A DNA stretch of 53,398 bases from a virus (taxonomy: Duplodnaviria > Caudoviricetes). Location of the stretch: IMG/VR virus record IMGVR_UViG_3300044639_002247, positions 1 through 53,398 of that record; one strand, 5' to 3'. Each line of letters starts with the position of its first letter. The stretch's first letter is position 1. A model generated the notes under the pieces. The model saw only the letters and a list, made by a program, of their open reading frames with translations, searched no databases and was not told the DNA's origin. Made by a program: the position numbers and the translations under genes. This document shows, in pieces, positions 35,701-46,600 of this stretch.

Positions 35701-36088
35701 CACGGTCGTGGGAGACTTTGAATTCCCGTTGAAAAATATTAATATTGAAAATATGTATGGATCGCAAGACGACGGCACGCCCGGCCTTCATGTTTTTGCC
35801 AAACCGCTTAGTTCAAATAACATTTATTCAGCTGGACGCGGGGAGGATGGAGAATTGGGTATAAATCAAGTTACAGATTCAACTTTTTTTGGCAGAGCTA
35901 TTTTCCCAGTAGGTTCTCAAATTATCGATATTATATGTTCGTTTTATACTGGGGTTGGCAGTGAAACGTGGGTTCGTACTGCAGATAACAAACTATATCA
36001 CACTGGCTATAGGAATTGGCTACATGGACCCAACGGCAGCAATAAATCTGCAGTATTTAGTAATGTTACTAATTTAGTGTGCGGCTAA
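32702..36088 (+). CDS. long tail fibre with C-terminal RCC1-like propeller
   Basis: GKVGIGTSAP, FEGSSADEFETTL..PTADRTITLP, repeated G.N..GQLG RCC1 motifs. Confidence 0.82.
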   Translation: MPVKITSLAPIDTIAQNDLIHIIDVGNKTMGDSGTNTHITAGAAANQLGALLTAVPAVIQTEIDEKANINNPIFTGNVTLPSTTSIGEVTAGEIAFVHDVTSPIQTQLDSKVPAFNSAFTGTITSSNNAAQSLTSAALHCTGTTGAILMDSAGHKRISWNDGDGNFNIRAGHYYNGTAVVYAKQSNENNGGAAAIAFGSDGADGNITMSAAPIGVSGTTVAWANNFILNKDAAYTDKNFGIGTTSPVDTLDANGSVVLRGNSAGAIMFAPKFGWAPYGTNYDRFEIYVDPNAQITTIGNSHGGTGVARALGLKTSGANRMTIMADGKVGIGTSAPTTALEVNGTITATAFSGSFVGQFSGNIATSTLAAKASTLAAGGGNGTAMTFNWVAGNPTNGQPLWLWGGSDAANMYVYNPSNFSVATATSATTATSAGSFTGSLAGDVTGTQGATTISAGTVTGKALTGYVSGAGTIAATDTILGAINKLNGNVGLKANIASPTLSGLTLSDSSIVFEGSSADEFETTLTVTNPTADRTITLPNVTGTIVTSGDTGSVTSTMILDGTINNADISTSAAIADTKLATISTSGKVANSATTATSNNNPNTIVTRDASGNFSAGTITGDVTGNVTGSSGYATTAGSCTGNAATASYATAAGSTINVRGVSKFPEKSNSGALLLGYGFTFIDSDNEIRAIGSSTAANALPATFDQYAPAGVYGPLFENIIPDKLYVNQQSAFVITTTGKVFAAGVNTSGGLGVAVVGETKTLLDVKLPDTEVCVKIALSAERNTQNTYFLTASGKVYVSGDNTRGQLGFAGRSTSYDATAPELTIGPGSPSQTTAVTDIQTVGSGSSHTAIALLSNGTVWVCGYGDYGQMGNGTSNAVNTTWTQVRTTGTTLGNIKKIYAAGADSKTSLYALDTNNRLWGWGNSSWGQLAQNNTNEQTYAVKVSDGVDKFWAFGASCFIKRLPGAEQAGIPGLNYSIGQIHSWGYNGYGQLGIGTTTNRTVVGDFEFPLKNINIENMYGSQDDGTPGLHVFAKPLSSNNIYSAGRGEDGELGINQVTDSTFFGRAIFPVGSQIIDIICSFYTGVGSETWVRTADNKLYHTGYRNWLHGPNGSNKSAVFSNVTNLVCG

Positions 36089-36188
36089 TTAATATTTTAA
36101 ACTAAAAACCACAACAATAAAAATACGACTATGCCATATAAAATCTCGTACTTTGTATAATTGGTTAGTATTAACATAAAATTTTCTA

Positions 36189-36196
36189 TATAAATA
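36189..36196 (+). promoter_or_regulatory. late promoter
   Basis: TATAAATA 19 nt before gp8 ATG. Confidence 0.75.
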
Positions 36197-36215
36197 CATT
36201 AAATAATAACACCTT

Positions 36216-37598
36216 ATGGCAGCAATCGTAACAGACTCTTTTCGTAGAAACAATGCGCAACTCTTTTTAGGGGATGTAGCGTCTAGCAGCACAAACTATT
36301 ATGTAGGACTCGGAAAATCTGATAAGTGGGTTCTTGATGAAGAAGCTTTACTTCCTGGTGACATTCCTCTTTCACTTGGAATAGAAGGTGACGACTCAGA
36401 TATAAAATCAAATCTAGTAACATTACTTAAGATTAATGATACTCATACGGAACTCGTAATTCCACATATAAAATGGAAAACTGGAGCATATTATAAAGCT
36501 TATAGCCCATATGATCTAGATTGTTTTTATCCGGGTGTTCTCGAAGGTGATGCAGAAATAAATCCATGCTATGCAGTTGTAAGTGGTCGCATCTACCTTT
36601 GCCTTCAACGCGGTGTAGGAGTTACAGCTGGTATTCCAGTAGCAACTGACTATCGCGCAACAATATATGCCAATGACGGCTATGTTTGGATGCTTGTTGA
36701 TAATGTATCAACTGCGTTATCAAAATTAATTACTGACCAGTTTATTAACATAACTTCTGGAGTTGTACCACAAACCATTGCCCCATCTATTGAGGCCAGT
36801 GGAGGAGGGTTACTATACGGTTTTAGTGTGATGTCGGGTGGCTTAGGTTATGGCTCACTCAACGAGGTTACATTTGTTGCTCAATACTCTGATGGCAGTG
36901 AGCTTGAAATTGAGTGTGGAGCGATAGCAGATGCAACTACTGGAGTGCTTAAAAATGTGTTACTACCACCTGATTGGTCATACACCGCAGTCGGTTCAAA
37001 ACGAATAGTAAGCGGTTACTTTAAAATAGATTCAACTGGTTCAGGCGCTGTTATAGTTCCTCACATCGCGCCACTACTCGGCTTTGGTTATGAACCTTCA
37101 AAAATATTACCATCGTGGTTTATAGGAATTGCAGTTGATGCAGTTGATAGTATTTCAAGTGACGGGTTCTATATCCCGTATCGTCAAATTTCGGTTTTAA
37201 GAAATGTTGAATATACTGAAAATAGTAGTCCAGACACTCTTGGTGCACTTCGTTACATTACAATCCCAACTCCCCCATCTGCTGGAATTTCAGTAGGAGA
37301 CAAGTTAACGTTTGGAACAACTGGTATAACCGCATATTTTGATTCATATTCTAGTGTTGAGATTGCTGGAGTAACTTCACGCCGAATATACTTTCATCAA
37401 AATTCAACAACTGGGTTTGGAGCTATTCCAAGTACTGGTACAGTTACTGACTCTAAAGGTACGTCTGTGCAATATAGTGCAGTAAGTAATAACGAATATA
37501 TTCCTCACAGTGGTAAAGTAGTATTTACTGAAAATCGTAAACCGATTAACCGCCAAAGCGGACAAACTGAAGAAATTAAGATTATTATACAATTCTAA
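36216..37598 (+). CDS. 8: baseplate wedge gp8-like
   Basis: MAAIVTDSFRRNNA, IYLCL, DGYVW, YRQISVL, SGKVVFTENRKPINR..QTEEIKIIIQF. Confidence 0.85.
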   Translation: MAAIVTDSFRRNNAQLFLGDVASSSTNYYVGLGKSDKWVLDEEALLPGDIPLSLGIEGDDSDIKSNLVTLLKINDTHTELVIPHIKWKTGAYYKAYSPYDLDCFYPGVLEGDAEINPCYAVVSGRIYLCLQRGVGVTAGIPVATDYRATIYANDGYVWMLVDNVSTALSKLITDQFINITSGVVPQTIAPSIEASGGGLLYGFSVMSGGLGYGSLNEVTFVAQYSDGSELEIECGAIADATTGVLKNVLLPPDWSYTAVGSKRIVSGYFKIDSTGSGAVIVPHIAPLLGFGYEPSKILPSWFIGIAVDAVDSISSDGFYIPYRQISVLRNVEYTENSSPDTLGALRYITIPTPPSAGISVGDKLTFGTTGITAYFDSYSSVEIAGVTSRRIYFHQNSTTGFGAIPSTGTVTDSKGTSVQYSAVSNNEYIPHSGKVVFTENRKPINRQSGQTEEIKIIIQF

Positions 37599-40500
37599 TG
37601 TCTATTACATCATACAACACAATCTATCATGATGATTATATTTCATCCGGGAATGACGATAAAAATTATCTTCGCGTATTATTTAAACCAGGTTACAGTG
37701 TACAGGTAAGAGAACTAAACCAGTTACAATCTTCTCTACAAGATCAAATAAACCGGTTGGGTGGCAGCGTATGGAAAGCTGATACTGCCGTAGTTGGTGG
37801 CGGTACTTCCTTTTTACCTGAATTATTTTCATTGACCTTTGACCTCTCAACCGCAGAGTTAAATGTTGCTGGAAATGTTCTTACGCTTGCAGAGATTGCC
37901 GAAGCCGCTAAATCCATTGCCTACCTCGATAGCACATTACGTGGCGAGATACTCGGTTATGTTAAGCGTGAGGATGCAAAATATACATTCTACTTTAACT
38001 ATACAAATACTGATGAGGATGGCGTTGGTGTATTTGGTGGAGAGTTTGAAAATGGTTATAAACTTATACTACGTTCGAGTGACACCTCTTTGCCAGAGAG
38101 CGAATTACCAGTAGTAAACTATGTCTCATATGTTAGTGAGGGCCCTGCTTCAGGATTAGTCTGCGAAGAGGGAGTCTTTTATACAAAGGGATCTTTCGTG
38201 GCACTGCCGCGCCAAACATTTTTTATTGATAAAACCGAGACTGACGAGTCTTTAACGGGTTATGCTGTATTAAAGATTGATGAAAATATCACAACATACT
38301 TTGATGATTCTAGCCTATTAGACAACGCTAATGGTACACCAAACTATAGTGCACCTGGTGCAGATCGATACTCAATTGATCTAACTTTAGACTGGATAAC
38401 TTCTGATGACTATGAGACTAGCACAGATTCATATATAAAATTATTGGTAATAAAGGCTTCGCGTCCAGTTGAAATTGTTGAGACTGCTGAGTATACTGAA
38501 ATTATTGATATACTCGCAAAACGTACAAGTGAAGAGTCTGGAAACTATACTGTAAATCCATTTCCTATAGGCATTCGCGAAACCTTTGATGGTGATAACC
38601 TGCCAGTTGACTGCATTGTCGTTGGTCGCAAGTATCGTATTCAAGATCTTGGTGTAACAACCGGCGAACTTACTAATTGGGTAGGTTTAGGAGCAACTGC
38701 GCCCGTGAGTGTTGGATCAGAGTTTACTGCGGTTAAGTATGCAAGCACGGAAAATACCAGCACAACCGCATTTGTTAACGGAGGAAAAGTAAGCGATCTT
38801 GCTTATCCATACGGTGCGTATCAAGCTGATAATTTAGATCAAATCGGATATGATATTACATCAACTGAAAAAAAAGTTAATGCAATAGAAAGTGCGCGAG
38901 ACCAGTATACAGTCACACTCGACTCTTCAGTTGCATATGTTGATGGCTATCGGGTTGCACTTAATAAGAGCTTAAATGTTACTTCTAAAAAGGCGCGGGA
39001 CGAGGCAGAATTATTAACTAGCATCAGCGCAACAACGGGTAGTTACTTTATTGGTACTATCCAAACAGCCAATACGGATGATTCCACGTTTCCAACAATA
39101 TCAACAGTTACAAATGTTTATAATTTGTATGCATACGAAGATAACGCCGATATTACAGCAACCCCACCAGAAGAGAGCGCCTCAGTTGTAAAGATTGGAA
39201 CTTGTCGTATAAAGGCATTTGAATCTGTTACTGGTAGCAGTTTGTATCGTTGTTATGTGTATGACGTAGAATTTACTGGCGCGTCTACTGCAGAATGGAA
39301 TGCTCGACGATTTGATAATGTTGAGCAGATTTATGGGCATAACTTTATGTTTAATATTGATACCGCGAATAACGGTACTTTGTTAGAAGCAACGGGTGAC
39401 ACCGCGATTTTCCAATGTCCATATCCACAGTCGCGTCAAATGAGTAATACTACGTTTTATGCACAACGACTGTTTACTGGCACAGTTCCATCAACTGGAA
39501 CTCCATCAATTACTCTTTCAGTAAGTGGCGGTAGAATATTTACTGATACTAGTGATGTATTGGTAATGATAGCTGGTGACATAGCATCATCTACTACAGT
39601 TAGTCCATCGGGTGACCTCACAACATTAACTATAACTGGCACGGAAGTGACAGCTTCAGCTAAATATTCGGTACTTGCAAAAATAGCCGTAACAAATGCT
39701 GATAATATTGCGCGGGTCACCAAAAGTCGCAAGATAGTTAGTGATACAATAGTGGGCGGTGGCATCAATGGGAGAATATTCTCATTACAAAATACAGACG
39801 TAATCCGAATAGTTTCAGTAAACACCATCGACGGCGACAGTAAAGACATTACATCACTATTTAAGCTTATAGATGATGGTCAGCGTAATAGTATTTACAC
39901 AAATGCCCGCGTGCAATATTCAGGTCTACCGTTCACTGAAACTATTGAAATTGAGTATGAATATTATGAACGTCTTGGTGGCGTCGGGCGGGATCTGGTA
40001 ATGTATAATGTTGATTCATATAGATCAAATAACAACAGTGTCGGCACAGCATATGAAAATATACCTACATACAAGGGGGTAAGTCTTTCAGATGTGATAG
40101 ACTTTAGACAGGATGTAGTGTATCCAGTAACTAATGGAGTAGCTGGAATAACTGCCATAGCAAATACAAATAAAAGTCAAATTGATCCAAATACGCCAAT
40201 TACTTCACTTATTAAATTTTACTTACCTCGGATCGACGCGGTTACAGTAAATTCCGGCGGAGAATTTACTATTATAAATGGTGTCTCATCCCTGACCCCA
40301 GTTGAGCCGTCTGTGCCTAAAAATTCGATGACGCTCTATACCTTAAAGGTTCCAGCATACACGCCAAATGTATCTGATATAGTTAAAGTATATAATGACA
40401 ATCGTCGTTATACTATGCGTGATATTGGTGCAATTGAAAAGCGTATTAGTAATATAGAGTATTATACGTCACTTTCACTTCTTGAACGTTCAGCCACAGA

Positions 40501-43384
40501 AAAAAATATATTTGATGACGTGGGTGCACGTTTTAAAAATGGTATTTTAGTTGATAACTTTATTGGTCATGGCGTGGGAGATGTATTTAATCCAGACTAT
40601 AGTTGCTCAACTGATCGTGAAAATGGAATTTTGCGTCCACGCTATAATACGTACAACTCTGATCTTGCTATCGATAGTCCACAAATTAGTATAAATGGAA
40701 GTATTTCAAAACTAGTAGATGATGGGAAAATAAGAGTTCATGACAGCATTATTACCTTAAACTACAATGAAGTTGAACTTATATCACACCTAAAGGCGAC
40801 CGCTCATATTAGTGTACATCCTCATGTCTATGCAAAAATTAATGGACACATACGTCTGTCACCAGCAGCAGATAACTGGAAAGATACTGTTACCCGCCCA
40901 GACCTTATTGTAACTGACGATAGCGCATTTGACGCAATTAAATTTATTGCTGAAGACCCCGCGCTTGACATACTTGGTTCAGACTGGAATAACTGGGAAC
41001 GTGAATGGGGCGGCACCACAACTACAAGAGCTCCACTCCGAAACTGGCGCAGACGTGGTACAACTACGACTACTGTGCAAGAATTTACTGAGTCTCGTGA
41101 GGGCACAAACACTACTCTTGGATCTACATTTGTTCCAAAAAGTCTTGGAACAAATGTTGTAGACACTGTAATTATACCATTTATTCGCTCACGAATTGTC
41201 TATTTCCACGCTACTGGCTTAAAGGCGTCTACGCAAGTCTATCCTTTCTTTGAAGATCGTGACATATCGGCATACACAAATCAAGTAATTGGTAATGATA
41301 GCACAAAATTTATTGTGCCTTCAACAATAAATGATAATAGTACTCGTATATTTAATAACATACTATCAGCGGATCTACCAGCTCCATTGAGTGGATATAC
41401 TCCATATGGTACCACACTAAAAACAGATTCAGCGGGAGAACTCTATGGATCATTTATTATACCAAATAATACATCAATGCGTTTTCGCACTGGTGATCGT
41501 GTTTTTAAATTAACGGATGACTCGCGAAATGCTTCTTCAGAAACTTCGTATGCATTTTCAAAATATAACGCGAGCGGAATACTTGAAACGGTGCAAGAAA
41601 CTATACTTTCAACCAAAACCCCGCAATTTGCAGTAACCCCGATTGAAGAAGAGCGTTCTGGTAGTGTGACTACAACTACGACTGCATATCATGACCCACT
41701 TGCTCAGTCATTTATAATTAGTACAGATGACTATCCAACCGGGGTGTTTATAACATCAGTTGATATATATTTTGCTGAAAAAGCACGTTTACAACCAGTT
41801 GAAATTTATATTGTAACAATGACAAATGGAGCTCCTACTCGCACGGTTGTTCCATATTCAAGGGTTTTCCGCCGTCCAAGTGAAGTGCAAGTCAGCGCAA
41901 ATGGTTCAGCAGCAACAAACTTTAAATTCAGTGACCCAGTCTTTTTGAAGACCGGCGAAGAGTATTCAATAATTGTATCATCGAACAGTGGAGACTATCG
42001 TTGCTGGTATGCAATACTTGGTGAAACAGACGTAGTTTCTGGCAAACGTATTGAAAAGCAAGAGTATCTTGGAACGTTCTTTACGAGTGCAAATGCATAT
42101 ACGTGGACTCCTCAACAAGAACAAGACCTTAAATTTCGCATTAACCGTGCAGAATTTTTTAATATCGGTTCTACATCAAAGTCAGGAGATATACAATTTA
42201 GAACAAATCTGCATAGCGGCGTAGATAAAATAACAATAGAGGAACCCGGTGTTGGTTATAGTTTGCCACCCGCTATAACATTTGATCCGTCAAATGGCGG
42301 TGCTCGTGCCTCCGCGGTACTAAATCCAATTGATGGCAGTATTTCAGAAATAATACTGCATGATCGTGGATCTGGATATTCAGCCGCCGTCGATATCGTA
42401 GTTACACCTGTAGTCGGCAGTCAGACTCCCACCACAGTCGCTACTATTCGCGCCAAACTCGCGGAAATTCCAGTATCAATGTTTAATTTACGCCAACCAA
42501 GCTTAACATTTAACAGTACTGCAATAGATTATAGCATACAATTTAAATCCGAAACTCCTAAAAAATTCGAAACAGCGGCAAATATATATTTGCCTAGCAG
42601 TTATGGTAACTTAAATTCGCATACATTAAATGTAATTGGGCAAAATCAGTTGTTTGGGCCTCGAGCTCTTATAACTGCAAGCCTAACAACTACAGACCGC
42701 GCAATATCTCCAATTATTGATGTTGACGGATCATCATTACTTACTGTTACAAATCTTATAAATTCTGACAGTACAGATGAAGCATACGCTCGCTATCAAA
42801 GTGGAACTGCAACTGGAGGAACCGTTAATACTTTAATTGACAACGCAAAATCTTGGGTCGTCAATTCATTGGTAGGAAACACATTAAAAATTACAAGTGG
42901 TACCTATATTGGAACAGTATATCGAATTACTGATAATACCGATACTCAAATTACATTTAGTCCTAGTACCGGAGCACCGGGAACCGAGGGAATTATTTCT
43001 ACTAACACATATAAAATATTGATTCCTGAACGGCGAGGCGCAGCTCTTGCTCGATATATTACTCGTAAAGTTGTTTTAAATTCTCCTTCTGATTGGTTAA
43101 ATGTTTATATATCGACTAACCGCCCAACTGATCAAACTGATATTAAGGTGTATGTAAAGTTAGGATTTGATACTACAACATCAGATGATCTAATTGATTG
43201 GCAGGAATTAACACCAAGAGTGCCTATTCCTATTAGCAGCGACCCTAATAAATATAGTGAAAGCGAGTATAAAATTGATCCTAATGATGATTTTATTTCT
43301 TTCCAAGTTAAAATTGTGTTGCTATCAAATAATATTTTTGATATTCCAACGATTCGTGACTTTAGAGCAATTGCAACAGTATAA
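37598..43384 (+). CDS. large virion structural protein (DUF4815/VrlC-like)
   Basis: YLRVLFKPG..VQVRELNQLQ, APGADRY, RYTMRDIG.IEKRI..IEYYTSLSLLE, DPLAQSF; follows gp8. Confidence 0.82.
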   Translation: MSITSYNTIYHDDYISSGNDDKNYLRVLFKPGYSVQVRELNQLQSSLQDQINRLGGSVWKADTAVVGGGTSFLPELFSLTFDLSTAELNVAGNVLTLAEIAEAAKSIAYLDSTLRGEILGYVKREDAKYTFYFNYTNTDEDGVGVFGGEFENGYKLILRSSDTSLPESELPVVNYVSYVSEGPASGLVCEEGVFYTKGSFVALPRQTFFIDKTETDESLTGYAVLKIDENITTYFDDSSLLDNANGTPNYSAPGADRYSIDLTLDWITSDDYETSTDSYIKLLVIKASRPVEIVETAEYTEIIDILAKRTSEESGNYTVNPFPIGIRETFDGDNLPVDCIVVGRKYRIQDLGVTTGELTNWVGLGATAPVSVGSEFTAVKYASTENTSTTAFVNGGKVSDLAYPYGAYQADNLDQIGYDITSTEKKVNAIESARDQYTVTLDSSVAYVDGYRVALNKSLNVTSKKARDEAELLTSISATTGSYFIGTIQTANTDDSTFPTISTVTNVYNLYAYEDNADITATPPEESASVVKIGTCRIKAFESVTGSSLYRCYVYDVEFTGASTAEWNARRFDNVEQIYGHNFMFNIDTANNGTLLEATGDTAIFQCPYPQSRQMSNTTFYAQRLFTGTVPSTGTPSITLSVSGGRIFTDTSDVLVMIAGDIASSTTVSPSGDLTTLTITGTEVTASAKYSVLAKIAVTNADNIARVTKSRKIVSDTIVGGGINGRIFSLQNTDVIRIVSVNTIDGDSKDITSLFKLIDDGQRNSIYTNARVQYSGLPFTETIEIEYEYYERLGGVGRDLVMYNVDSYRSNNNSVGTAYENIPTYKGVSLSDVIDFRQDVVYPVTNGVAGITAIANTNKSQIDPNTPITSLIKFYLPRIDAVTVNSGGEFTIINGVSSLTPVEPSVPKNSMTLYTLKVPAYTPNVSDIVKVYNDNRRYTMRDIGAIEKRISNIEYYTSLSLLERSATEKNIFDDVGARFKNGILVDNFIGHGVGDVFNPDYSCSTDRENGILRPRYNTYNSDLAIDSPQISINGSISKLVDDGKIRVHDSIITLNYNEVELISHLKATAHISVHPHVYAKINGHIRLSPAADNWKDTVTRPDLIVTDDSAFDAIKFIAEDPALDILGSDWNNWEREWGGTTTTRAPLRNWRRRGTTTTTVQEFTESREGTNTTLGSTFVPKSLGTNVVDTVIIPFIRSRIVYFHATGLKASTQVYPFFEDRDISAYTNQVIGNDSTKFIVPSTINDNSTRIFNNILSADLPAPLSGYTPYGTTLKTDSAGELYGSFIIPNNTSMRFRTGDRVFKLTDDSRNASSETSYAFSKYNASGILETVQETILSTKTPQFAVTPIEEERSGSVTTTTTAYHDPLAQSFIISTDDYPTGVFITSVDIYFAEKARLQPVEIYIVTMTNGAPTRTVVPYSRVFRRPSEVQVSANGSAATNFKFSDPVFLKTGEEYSIIVSSNSGDYRCWYAILGETDVVSGKRIEKQEYLGTFFTSANAYTWTPQQEQDLKFRINRAEFFNIGSTSKSGDIQFRTNLHSGVDKITIEEPGVGYSLPPAITFDPSNGGARASAVLNPIDGSISEIILHDRGSGYSAAVDIVVTPVVGSQTPTTVATIRAKLAEIPVSMFNLRQPSLTFNSTAIDYSIQFKSETPKKFETAANIYLPSSYGNLNSHTLNVIGQNQLFGPRALITASLTTTDRAISPIIDVDGSSLLTVTNLINSDSTDEAYARYQSGTATGGTVNTLIDNAKSWVVNSLVGNTLKITSGTYIGTVYRITDNTDTQITFSPSTGAPGTEGIISTNTYKILIPERRGAALARYITRKVVLNSPSDWLNVYISTNRPTDQTDIKVYVKLGFDTTTSDDLIDWQELTPRVPIPISSDPNKYSESEYKIDPNDDFISFQVKIVLLSNNIFDIPTIRDFRAIATV

Positions 43385-43389
43385 AATTT

Positions 43390-43620
43390 ATGGCAACTCG
43401 TAAAAAAATAAAAGTAGAAGACAATCCTTCATTGGAGAGAGATTCCTTTTCAGGCGCAATTTTAAACTCGGACATAACTGCATATACATCAGCGGTGCGT
43501 CGTAAAAAACGTATGCGCAGTCAAGAGCAGCTAATTGCTGAGTTAAGTAGAAAAGTTGGAGAATTATTGCTTTGGAAAGAAGAAATAATCAAATTATTAG
43601 CAAAAAAAGAGAATAAATAA
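43390..43620 (+). CDS. small conserved hypothetical protein
   Basis: KVEDNPSLERD..SGAILN, C-terminal coiled coil. Confidence 0.72.
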   Translation: MATRKKIKVEDNPSLERDSFSGAILNSDITAYTSAVRRKKRMRSQEQLIAELSRKVGELLLWKEEIIKLLAKKENK

Positions 43621-43625
43621 ACATA

Positions 43626-46600
43626 ATGGATTCAATTCAATTTTCAGAGTTTTCTACGACTGGTGTTAATAATAGTGATACTTTTGACGTCTGGCGTAAA
43701 AAGACGAATGGTGTTATAGGTCAACTTGTTACTATAAATGATAGCATTTCACCATTATTCTACGGGGCAGGACAAACGCAGTCTGCATTGCTACGAACAG
43801 TTACGTTAGATGATTCTCAAACAATAACCGGAGCAAAAACTTTCTCGGGTGGTACAAAGGCTTTTCCAATTTTAAAAGTTGGCACTGCTGGATTCTATGA
43901 AGATAGTGGAGTTTTGGGAACTACTGGAGCATTTATTAGTGACCGAATAATAATTAATTCTGAGTTACAATTTGGTACACATTCTTATACAATTCCAAAT
44001 AACAATCCGGTAGAATCTTCACTATTAGAAAAGTCTGGTAATAGTTTATCATGGAAGACACTAAGTAGCATAATTTCTGTTATACAGCAGGAGGGGGCAG
44101 TAAATGTTGTTACTACAAATATAGTATTGCCTGTTGGTTCAATTATTGACTATGCTGTTTCGGCTGGAAGCGTTCCATCAAATTGGTTACGTCTCAGCGG
44201 AGGTCGTTTTAAAGGCGGAGACTATCCAGAACTTGCTGCTCTTATACTCAATGCGTATGGTATCATTTATACAACACAAACTGGCACTACACAGGCGCCA
44301 ACAGTTTCATATAATTCTAACTGGTGGTATACGTTACCTAATACGTCTGGCAAAATTATAAAGGCAGTTGCTGATTCAGTAGTTAATACCTTTATAGATC
44401 GTGGTAATGCCTTTGATATAATCAAAAATGGATCATCAATACAGTCTTTATCACTTGCAAATGGTGGTACTGGAATTTTAAATTTAAGGCATGACAATAC
44501 CTTACGTATTGACACGGCTACCCGCGAACTTGGTGTGGCTCCATTTTCAGTTGGTGCAGATAAAATAGCATCTAACGCGATTGATCCTAGTAAACTCAGT
44601 TTTGGGGGTCCTTCATGGGACACTAGCAGTTCATTATATGAGGGAAGCGATCCCAATACCCGGGCTCGCGTTGCTACTCGCGACTATGTTGACTCAAAAA
44701 TATCTAAAGCTGGACCAGTTAAAAAATTGGTGTCTCGCTTAGCATCTAACCCGCATTCATCTGCCCCAGCTTTTGGAGAATTTTGTTATATAAATCATGA
44801 TGGCGTGCCAATTATAACTGGCGTAAATACGAGCAGCCGTTTTGGTTTTGCTGATAAATATGCGCACACTGAAATGCCACTTCCAGACAACCGCCACGCA
44901 GTTGAGTTACATGTCGGCTATGATCATATGTGTGCTCTAGACGAAACTGGAGAGTTATGGGCGATTGGTAATAATAGTTACAATAAGTTTAATATTGTGC
45001 CGGGCGGCGATTCGATCACCCGCGCCATATGGACGAAAGCTTTTACTCCACTCTATACGTATAGTACAAACAATAAAATTCGCAAAGTTATACTCTCGGG
45101 TGACATCACTACAACTAATGTTGCTGTTATTGATACTTCAAATCGTTTGTGGATAGCTGGCAGAAATTATGCTGGAGTGCTTGGCCGCGGCGTCTCAGGT
45201 GACGCGACTAGCACTAACACCAAACCGGCGGGTGAAGCTACTCCAGTTTTAGAAAATGTGCTTGACGCGTTTCTAGTTGGATCCTCTGCATATGAAGTAT
45301 GTATTGCGCTAACTTCAGCCGGAATACATATGTCTGGTTATGGCGGAGTTGGACAAAATGGGATTGGTAATTCCAATGTTGCTAACGGTACCTTTAATAC
45401 AATACCAATAGATGGAATTTCTAATTATGGCGCGTGCAGTATATACGGTTCAGGCGAAGATCAATATACAACAATATACGTAAAAACCCCAAATAACTTA
45501 GTTTATGGTTGGGGTTATAATGGAAATAGTGTTTTAGGAAATGGTGGCACCGCAACTATAACACGCCCAACAGCAATCTTCGATAATCCAGATTTAAATA
45601 TTGATAGTTTGTATACTAATGTCAATAAAGGTCCTATTGACAAGACCGGGACGTATGCAGATGAAGCTGCAACAGGCGCGGCCTATATTTCTGGCGTAAG
45701 GAATAATGCGACTGCTCCTCGAGGAGCAACTATACAAAGCACAGTGGCCGGACATACATTAGGGACATCAATTAGTTCAAGTGATTCTGGTAATATAATC
45801 GCTGTTGGGGCTCCTGGCGCAAATGGACGGGTACAATGCCATGTTTACACCAATAATGTATGGTCAAACTATGGGCCAGTTATATCTGGCGCCGAGACTC
45901 TCTCATTATTTGGCCAATCTGTAAGTTTAAATTCTGAAGGATCACGACTTTGTATTGGTGTGCCAGACGGCCAATTAGTTGGTTCTTCGCGATCCGGTCA
46001 AGTGCGTATATATGACTATTCTATACAGGGCGCATCATGGATGCAACGTAACCTTTCATTTAATGGCGAGTTGGCTGCGTCTAAATTAGGATCATCTGTT
46101 GCATTATCTGGAGACGGCAATACATTTATTGCTGGAGCTCCGGGTTATAATAGCAACACCGGAAGAGTCTATATCAGACGAATAACTGCTACAGGAACTG
46201 AGACAGTTGGTGACCCTATAACAGGTACTGCAGCAAGTCAACAATGCGGCATAAAGGTTGCAATTAATACTTCAGGAACAGTAATAGCAATTGCCTCAAA
46301 TGGTATATCAACAGCGGGCGTTGTAAGAGTGTATACTCTAGTTGGTGGTACTTGGGTACGGGTCGGAGGTGATATAGTAGGAAGAGCTGCTACAGATGAC
46401 GCGATTAATATTTCTTTAAATGGTGCTGGTACTCTATTGGTGGTCGGTGCCCCGGGATCTGATATTGCAGGATCTAATAGCGGATCGACCCGAGTATTTA
46501 GTTATAATCCACAAACACTGGAATGGGTTCAACTTGGTGCTGATATACTTGGCCAATCAGTAAATGAAAGTAGTGGTTCAAGTGTTGCATTTTCACGCGA

